Shown: one piece after another, positions 1-4,724 of the stretch
Layout: the number at the start of each line of letters is the position of its first letter
Position numbering within the stretch: position 1 is the stretch's first letter
Source: a virus
Taxonomy: Duplodnaviria; Heunggongvirae; Uroviricota; Caudoviricetes
Virus record (IMG/VR): IMGVR_UViG_2671180422_000001
Direction: 5' to 3' (one strand)
DNA length: 4,724 nt
The notes under the pieces: model-generated
Seen by the model: only the letters and a program-made list of their open reading frames with translations
Database searches by the model: none
What the model was told of the DNA's origin: nothing
Made by a program: the position numbers and the translations under genes

Positions 1-9
1 GAATGCCAT
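1..9 (-). CDS. tfa: First three codons (Met-Ala-Phe) of a probable tail fibre assembly (Tfa-like) gene, truncated by the window edge
   Basis: ATG (complement of 7-9) overlaps the stf stop as TAATG; ATG-GCA-TTC gives MAF, the N-terminus I recall for lambdoid Tfa proteins; position immediately downstream of stf is the canonical one. Only 9 nt are visible. Confidence 0.3.
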
Positions 10-3000
10 TATGCAAGCCTCACAATATAGTTAAATGCGATGTTTTTGACGGTGTTTTCCGCGTTACCAGCAGCGTTAACGGTGATGGTGTGTCCATGTG
101 AGCCAATCGCAACGGAGTGCGTATGAGCACCAATACCGACAGTATGTGCATGTGCGCCTGCGCTTGCAGCAGTGCCGGACAGCGAGTGGGTATGAGCACC
201 ATCTGATGATGTCTTCCCTGCATTACGAGTCTGGCCACTACCGCTTGTTGTGCTCATAATCCCCGCGCTTGGATTTGAAATCGCGGTATAACCATTAGGG
301 AAAATGCTCGTGTTCGTGCCACCAAATGCACCGGAACTCTTGTGTTGGTGCGCACCGGCACTATTTGCAGTCCCGCTAATACTATGGGTATGCGCCCCGG
401 TGTTATTCGTGGATTTGGTTCCGTAATCAAACGACGATGTGTTTTTCGTCCCCAAATCCGTACTGGATGCGCTGGCGCTGTGGGTGTGCGATTTAATGCC
501 GTCCTGTTCCTGAGATAATACGGCTCGACCACTGGCAGGTTTGCCCTTAATCGTCCAGCCACGCATATCAGGGATCACGCCTGACGGATAAGCGGCTGCA
601 AGTTTTGGGTAGGCAGATTTGTCAAAAGTCTGCCCCTGCATCAGGGCATAACCAGACGGAACGGTATCTGATGGCCACGGGATTGGTGCACCGACTGGAT
701 AAAACTCTGCAGGAGGATGAGCCGAGGTGTAAAGCTGCGCCCAACCACTTTCAAAACCATAACCGTCTCTTGAAGAACGGTAGAACAGACCACCATTTCT
801 GTAATGCGCCTTCATCTGCAGGGTCCGGCAACTTCCGACTCCGGTATAGAAGTTAACCAGAATATAGCTGTCGCCAGAGCGGGTGACATTGTAAGCGCCT
901 GATTCGGCATTCCATGGAACGCCCCCATCCGCATCGGCATACGCATCCGTTGCTCTTCTGGCAAAAGCAGCCACATGCGCGGCGGTTAAAGTGATATCAG
1001 TAGAACCATCAAATGGAACACCGGATATTTTTCTTGCAGTCTGAAGTTTTGTAGCAGTTGCAGCATTACCAGTGGTGTTCTGATTACCCGTAGTGTTTAC
1101 ACCTGGAAGGTTAATATTTGCAGAACCGTCGAAAACAACTCCACCGATAGATCTTGCCGTCTGCAATTTCGTGGCTGTACTTGCATTACCATTCAATGAA
1201 CCAGTTAATCCACCTGTAACAGACAACGGACCTGAAACTGTTCCTCCGGTTGTTGGCAGTGCTCCAATATCTAACGGCGTCGGTTTCTGATGTGTGCTAT
1301 ACATCGTATAAACAACACCATCGGTAACGCTGGAAGGCTTACTCGCTGAATATGTTGGCGATGTATAAATAGAAACTGTCGCATTTGCAGTACAATCCCA
1401 ATGGATATTTACACGAGTCGCATAATTGCCAATCTCAACGTAAATATCATATGTATCGCCGGATGTGTTGATCCAGGCGAAATTCGTTAATCCGACGGCT
1501 GTACGCTTCCACAAAGCCCCGGTAATTCCTTTGGGGTTTCCATTGCCTGCTCGTAGAACCAGTTCTGAAATGCCTGCCTGATGTGGGGAACCGACGTTGT
1601 AACCAGCGCCACCAATCAATGCGATGTAAACGATGGAACTCGCTTGTGGCATGGTAACCGTAGCCAGTTTGAACCACCCAGCCCCGCCAGAGAAAGACAT
1701 CGTTACTGAATTTAAAGTACCAATATCTTTCGGCGTTAATGTTATATCCGCAGTCAGTGCTTTTCCGTTAACTTTTCGGTTAGATGGCACCCTGCTATTC
1801 GCATTGTCATTGGCTGCTTTAACTGCTTTTGGCGTTGCGGCCAGCGATTCACTGGTGCTATCAACAGCACTGCTAAGTTTCACAACACCTTTAGTTGTAA
1901 GGCTTGCGTCTTCCATCGCAACTGCACCGGCAATCTCTTCAGCACGATCAGCAGCAGCTTCCGCACGGGTCGCAGCGGATTCAGCAGCAGTTTTGCTCTG
2001 AGATGCTGCCGTCGCACTGCCTGCCGCCTCTGTTGCTTTCGTGGATGCCGTCGTGGCGCTGCCCTTCGCTGCTGACGCCTGTCTGGTCGCCTCATCTTTT
2101 GAAGCAGACGCAGATGATGCCGATGACGCTGCCGAACTGGCGGACGATGCGGCTGCCGTTTTTGAGGATTCTGCACGGGTTTCCGACGCTTTCGCATTCG
2201 TTTCGGATGTCTTCGCTGCGGAAGCAGACCTCGCTGCTGCGCTGGCCTGTACAGCGGCTTCGCCAGCCTTCGTTGTGGCTGTTGAAGCGGACGATGCAGC
2301 ACTTTCTGCCGATTTTCCGGCGGCGGTGGCACTGGCTGAGGCCTGCCCGGCACTTGTTGACGCGGCACTGGCAGACGACGCAGCCGCTGTTTTTGAGCCT
2401 GCCGCAGCCGAGGCGCTCTGTCCCGCTGCCGTTTCAGAAGACCTGGCGTTTGTCTCAGACGTCTTTGCCGCCTTCGCGGAATTGCCTGCCGCCGTTGCCG
2501 AGGAAGCGGCACTACTGGCGCTTGATGATGCGTTCGTTTCTGATGATTTCGCTGCCTCTTTTGAGGCCGCCGCATCCCGGGCTGAGGTGGCTGCTTCTGA
2601 CGCCTTCGTGGTCGCGGCGGATGCAGAAGTGGCTGCTGATTGTTGTGACGCTGCCGCATTCGTTTCTGACGTTTTCGCCGCAGCGGCACTGGTAGCTGCC
2701 GCGCTTTTTGAGGACTCTGCAGCAGCAGCACTTTTCGATGCTTCACTGGCCTTTGTTGATGCCGTTCCTGCGCTGGAAGATGCTGACTGAGCCGACGACG
2801 CGGCCTGTCCGGCTGACGTGCTGGCTGCGCGTGCTGAGCCTGCAGCATCAGTCGCATGGGTTACCTCCTGTTCCTGTGGTTTAAACCCATTCTGGTTTTG
2901 GCTAGATTGAAAACGTGCCGGATAAAGAATCTGCATTTCGCTGATTTCACCCTTAAAAAAATTGGCCAGACGTTCTGCAAGATCGATAGATGGAACTTGT

Positions 3001-3110
3001 TCCAGTCTTTCAATACGACTCAGCGTCGCTGGATTGACCTGAACGCCAGCAGCAACATGCTGCAAAGTAAATCCGTGCGCCTTACGCACATTCCGTAATG
3101 GTGATTGCAT
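9..3110 (-). CDS. stf: Chimeric ORF: Cro/XRE-type HTH segment (aa 1 to ~85) fused in frame to a lambda-Stf-like side tail fibre (aa ~86-1033)
   Basis: Uninterrupted 1033-codon ORF with ATG at 3110-3108 and GGAGG (complement of 3115-3119) 4 nt upstream; stop TAA is the complement of 9-11. N-terminus [43 protein letters not shown] fits the Cro/C1 HTH pattern. Residues ~86-400 are Ala/Ser/Thr-rich with repeated KTSETNA motifs; two [25 protein letters not shown] tail-fibre repeats at aa 642-706; C-terminus GAPIPWPSD...[23 protein letters not shown]...[15 protein letters not shown]...[11 protein letters not shown] matches my recollection of the lambda Stf / T4 gp37-type His-rich tip. No search was run. 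Confidence 0.85.
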   Translation of the reverse strand: MQSPLRNVRKAHGFTLQHVAAGVQVNPATLSRIERLEQVPSIDLAERLANFFKGEISEMQILYPARFQSSQNQNGFKPQEQEVTHATDAAGSARAASTSAGQAASSAQSASSSAGTASTKASEASKSAAAAESSKSAAATSAAAAKTSETNAAASQQSAATSASAATTKASEAATSARDAAASKEAAKSSETNASSSASSAASSATAAGNSAKAAKTSETNARSSETAAGQSASAAAGSKTAAASSASAASTSAGQASASATAAGKSAESAASSASTATTKAGEAAVQASAAARSASAAKTSETNAKASETRAESSKTAAASSASSAASSASSASASKDEATRQASAAKGSATTASTKATEAAGSATAASQSKTAAESAATRAEAAADRAEEIAGAVAMEDASLTTKGVVKLSSAVDSTSESLAATPKAVKAANDNANSRVPSNRKVNGKALTADITLTPKDIGTLNSVTMSFSGGAGWFKLATVTMPQASSIVYIALIGGAGYNVGSPHQAGISELVLRAGNGNPKGITGALWKRTAVGLTNFAWINTSGDTYDIYVEIGNYATRVNIHWDCTANATVSIYTSPTYSASKPSSVTDGVVYTMYSTHQKPTPLDIGALPTTGGTVSGPLSVTGGLTGSLNGNASTATKLQTARSIGGVVFDGSANINLPGVNTTGNQNTTGNAATATKLQTARKISGVPFDGSTDITLTAAHVAAFARRATDAYADADGGVPWNAESGAYNVTRSGDSYILVNFYTGVGSCRTLQMKAHYRNGGLFYRSSRDGYGFESGWAQLYTSAHPPAEFYPVGAPIPWPSDTVPSGYALMQGQTFDKSAYPKLAAAYPSGVIPDMRGWTIKGKPASGRAVLSQEQDGIKSHTHSASASSTDLGTKNTSSFDYGTKSTNNTGAHTHSISGTANSAGAHQHKSSGAFGGTNTSIFPNGYTAISNPSAGIMSTTSGSGQTRNAGKTSSDGAHTHSLSGTAASAGAHAHTVGIGAHTHSVAIGSHGHTITVNAAGNAENTVKNIAFNYIVRLA
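993..1187 (-). repeat. Two copies of a ~25-aa phage tail-fibre repeat ([25 protein letters not shown])
   Basis: Reverse complement of 1113-1187 encodes [25 protein letters not shown] and of 993-1067 encodes [25 protein letters not shown]; this motif is characteristic of the phage tail-fibre repeat family. Confidence 0.65.
1911..2855 (-). repeat. Low-complexity Ala/Ser/Thr-rich coding repeat region of the tail-fibre shaft, with reiterated KTSETNA-type units
   Basis: Translation aa ~86-400 is >80% A/S/T/G/K/E; K(T/S)SETNA recurs at aa 146-152, 188-194, 216-222 and 300-306 (e.g. 2655-2675, 2193-2213); near-identical nucleotide strings gcattcgtttcNgaNgtYttcgc recur. GC-rich and repetitive, producing long shadow ORFs on other frames. 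Confidence 0.75.
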
Positions 3111-3207
3111 ATGACCTCCACATATTGCGTGATGAGCATATTATTTCACGCAAATATTTTGCGCAAGTTGATTTGCTTAACGCGCAATAAAGAAATGTAA
3201 TAAACGC
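3111..3207. promoter_or_regulatory. Divergent promoter/operator region (OR-like) between the cro::stf ORF and the repressor gene
   Basis: 97-bp gap between divergent starts. Inverted repeat TTGCGTGA (3125-3132) / TCACGCAA (3146-3153); CGCAAAtatTTTGCG (3149-3163); palindrome TTGCGCAA (3159-3166); GCGCAA again at 3182-3187. Leftward promoter candidate: -35 TTGCGC (complement of 3161-3166), 17-bp spacer, -10 TAATAT (complement of 3138-3143). Rightward candidate: -35 TTGCTT (3173-3178), 17-bp spacer, -10 TGTAAT (3196-3201), placing the transcription start at about the repressor ATG. Confidence 0.55.
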
Positions 3208-3900
3208 ATGAACATAGGAAACCGAGTCAGACAACTTCGCCAGGCGAAGAACATGAAAATCGCCGATCTCGCTGAAGCAATAGGAGTGGATGCGGCGAAT
3301 ATCTCACGCCTGGAAACAGGTAAGCAGAAACAATTCACTGAACAAGCCCTGAGTAATATTGCCAGGAGCTTAGGTGTTGATATTGCAGATCTCTTTACCT
3401 CAGACGTCAAAAGCAATACTGTATGTAAAAACAGTATTAGTGAGGATGTTGCGCAGGTGAAGGATGTATTCCGTATTGAAATGCTGGATGTCAGTGCCAG
3501 TGCGGGAAATGGCCTTATCCAGGGCGGTGATGTCATTGATGTGATTCATGCCATTGAATACAGAACTGATAATGCTGTATCGATGTTTGGCGGACGGCCA
3601 GCCAATCACATTAAAGTTATCAACGTTCGTGGGGACAGTATGTGTCCAACCATTGAGCCAGGAGATCTCATCTTCGTTGATGTCAGTATCAATCAGTTTG
3701 ATGGAGATGGTATCTATGTATTTGGTTTTGATGATAAAATTTATGTCAAACGACTGCAAATGATACCTGACAAACTACTGGTGATTTCTGATAACCAGAT
3801 TTACCGTGAATGGGGAATTACCAGCGAAAATGAACACCGGTTTATGGTCTTTGGAAAGGTCTTAATCAGCCAGTCACAAACCCTTAAGCGACACAATTAA
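3208..3900 (+). CDS. cI/LexA-like phage repressor: N-terminal XRE-type HTH plus C-terminal S24 (LexA/UmuD-type) autopeptidase domain
   Basis: 230-aa ORF, stop TAA 3898-3900. HTH IGNRVRQLRQAKNMKIADLAEAIGVDAANISRLETGK; candidate Ala99-Gly100 cleavage site (SAS-AG-NG, 3502-3507); catalytic Ser144 in VRGDSM (codon 3637-3639) and Lys181 in YVKRL (codon 3748-3750), with the same Ser-Lys spacing (37 residues) as I recall for LexA. No Shine-Dalgarno before the ATG, consistent with a leaderless transcript. Confidence 0.85.
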   Translation: MNIGNRVRQLRQAKNMKIADLAEAIGVDAANISRLETGKQKQFTEQALSNIARSLGVDIADLFTSDVKSNTVCKNSISEDVAQVKDVFRIEMLDVSASAGNGLIQGGDVIDVIHAIEYRTDNAVSMFGGRPANHIKVINVRGDSMCPTIEPGDLIFVDVSINQFDGDGIYVFGFDDKIYVKRLQMIPDKLLVISDNQIYREWGITSENEHRFMVFGKVLISQSQTLKRHN

Positions 3901-3920
3901 CCCTTACCTCCTCATCAATT

Positions 3921-3945
3921 AGCCACCCAAAGGTGGCTTTTCATT
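3921..3945 (+). terminator. Rho-independent terminator downstream of the repressor gene
   Basis: AGCCACC (3921-3927) caaa GGTGGCT (3932-3938), a 7-bp GC-rich stem with 4-nt loop, followed by TTTTCATT (3938-3945). Confidence 0.6.
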
Positions 3946-3959
3946 ACCCTTTAAATTGC

Positions 3960-4008
3960 ATATCTCGCAACAAAAACACTTGCATAATGCGCAACTTCAT
4001 TTTATCTT
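3960..4008 (+). promoter_or_regulatory. Candidate second operator/promoter cluster (OL/PL-like), rightward
   Basis: The OR half-site recurs: CGCAA at 3966-3970 and GCGCAA at 3989-3994, within TTGCATAATGCGCAA (3980-3994). -35-like TTGCAT (3980-3985), 17-bp spacer, -10-like TATCTT (4003-4008). Hexamers are weak matches; this is inference. Confidence 0.25.
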
Positions 4009-4418
4009 TCTTTCCAGACAAACAAACAAGGTACTAACAAAATTTGGTTGTAACACGGCGTATGGCACATGCGTCGTTAGCGGTCTGGGGACGTTAAAGG
4101 GGACAATCCACTCCTTGCTCGGGCAAACAAACCAGGTAGCCGGAATGTGCAAGTCAATGATGATGCTGATAAGACGCCTAACCAGCGTGGCGATTCGGTT
4201 TGACGCCTGGGAAGAGACCAGGGTGCAACGATGAGGGCATTTATGGAGCCGCGACAAAGTGTGGTGCTGTAACTGGCTAAGTGCTCTCAGCGTTGTGGTA
4301 ATCCGCGAAATGGCGCGGCGGTAAGTATGGCGGGGTTACTCTTTCCCCGTTGAGGACACCGGATTGTCAGGTTGACCATACGCCTGAGTGACAACCCCAC
4401 CACAACAGCCACTGCTTT

Positions 4419-4465
4419 GGCGGTACCAGTTTGTACCCTTGCTTCCGGCTGGTACCGCTCTTTTT
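4419..4465 (+). terminator. Candidate rho-independent terminator (plus-strand only)
   Basis: GCGGTACCAG (4420-4429) pairs perfectly with CTGGTACCGC (4449-4458), extendable by two G-U pairs; loop ~15 nt; followed by TCTTTTTAC (4459-4467). No A-tract upstream, so unidirectional. Confidence 0.45.
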
Positions 4466-4554
4466 ACAAAACAGAGAAGAGCATCACCGGACGACGGGCT
4501 CATAACCCAATCCATCCGGGCGGCTGCCACCGCAGGTGTTCTTCTCTGTTTTGT
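4466..4554. repeat. Perfect 15-bp inverted repeat ACAAAACAGAGAAGA / TCTTCTCTGTTTTGT flanking a 59-bp spacer
   Basis: Arms at 4466-4480 and 4540-4554 are exact reverse complements (15/15); flanking bases extend the pairing imperfectly (CACC 4485-4488 with GGTG 4535-4538; UUUUU 4461-4465 with GGAGA 4555-4559 as RNA). Begins right at the T-tract of the preceding terminator and ends 49 bp upstream of the next ORF start. Confidence 0.6.
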
Positions 4555-4602
4555 GGAGAAACTAACCGACCTTACAGGGTCGATATGATGAGGAGCAGCA
4601 AA

Positions 4603-4724
4603 ATGGCTAGCGAACGCAGTACTGATGTGCAGGCATTTATCGGGGAGCTGGACGGCGGCGTATTTGAAACCAAAATCGGCGCAGTTCTCAGTGAAGTCGC
4701 TTCCGGTGTGATGAACACGAAAAC
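4603..4724 (+). CDS. 5' end of an ORF of unknown function (MASERSTDVQAFIGELDGGVFETKIGAVLSEVASGVMNTK...), continuing beyond the window
   Basis: ATG at 4603 preceded by AGGAG (4591-4595) at 7-nt spacing; frame open to the window end. Two further in-frame ATGs at 4585 and 4588 lack a comparable RBS. I do not recognise the product. Confidence 0.45.
   Translation, partial: MASERSTDVQAFIGELDGGVFETKIGAVLSEVASGVMNTK

Noticed and set aside
20-2001. Short ORFs 20-238 (-), 254-562 (-), 605-856 (+), 1093-1290 (+), 1447-1677 (-), 1633-2001 (+)
   Set aside because: All are embedded in the tail-fibre coding region on alternative frames or the opposite strand, with no RBS and implausible composition; the stf frame has clear family features.
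1911-2855. CRISPR-like periodicity
   Set aside because: The periodic units are imperfect, in-frame coding repeats (KTSETNA) without unique spacers; this is protein low-complexity repeat, not a CRISPR array.
1880-2857. Long ORFs on other frames across the repeat region: 1880-2857 (-, 325 aa, Arg/Pro/Gln-rich), 1904-2695 (+, 263 aa) and 2041-2790 (+, 249 aa, Ala/Asp-rich)
   Set aside because: They lie entirely inside the GC-rich Ala/Ser-repeat part of the tail-fibre gene; their compositions are what that repeat produces on alternative frames and the antisense strand. None has a convincing RBS or family resemblance.
2856-3098. 80-aa plus-strand ORF antisense to the Cro-like segment
   Set aside because: Antisense to a segment with a clear HTH signature; no RBS; judged a chance ORF.
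3177-3763. ORFs 3177-3536 (-), 3400-3759 (-) and 3548-3763 (+) overlapping the repressor gene
   Set aside because: The repressor frame shows a complete HTH plus S24 dyad; these overlapping frames have no supporting features.
4260-4400. tRNA or tmRNA fragment serving as an attachment site
   Set aside because: No T-loop (GTTCRA) or cloverleaf-compatible pairing found by eye; no integrase in the window.
3956-4588. ORFs 3956-4234 (+, 92 aa), 3997-4257 (-, 86 aa, TTG start), 4336-4530 (-, 64 aa, GTG start), 4388-4588 (+, 66 aa)
   Set aside because: Non-ATG starts or no Shine-Dalgarno, odd composition, and overlap with the terminator hairpin or inverted repeat; not called as genes, but the region is flagged as possibly non-coding RNA.
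4466-4724. Retron (msr/msd flanked by inverted repeats, followed by reverse transcriptase)
   Set aside because: The 59-bp spacer is too short for an msr-msd unit and the following ORF start shows nothing suggestive of a reverse transcriptase; cannot be excluded without the downstream sequence but not supported.
4603-4724. Lambda N-type antiterminator at the position downstream of a PL-like promoter
   Set aside because: N proteins have a strongly Arg-rich N-terminus; this ORF begins MASERSTDVQAFIGELDGG... with a single Arg in 40 residues.

Overview
This window looks like the scar of a heavily deleted lambdoid prophage, read from sequence alone with no database search. Most of it (9-3110, minus strand) is one 1033-aa ORF whose first ~85 residues are a Cro/XRE-type helix-turn-helix protein and whose remainder is a lambda-Stf-like side tail fibre. 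Downstream on the minus strand, the window edge carries the first three codons (MAF) of a tail-fibre-assembly-like gene overlapping the stop as TAATG. Divergent from the chimeric ORF across a 97-bp operator/promoter region is a 230-aa cI/LexA-like repressor (3208-3900) with an intact S24 Ser/Lys dyad and an apparently leaderless start. After its terminator comes a ~650-bp stretch with no convincing ORF, holding operator-like CGCAA repeats, a second intrinsic terminator and a perfect 15-bp inverted repeat, and then the start of an unrecognised ORF at 4603. The most unusual items are the in-frame cro::stf fusion placed under the lytic promoter, and the structured non-coding region in the slot where lambdoid phages usually carry exclusion or defence cargo. 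Tail-fibre similarity is recalled from memory and needs confirmation by search.
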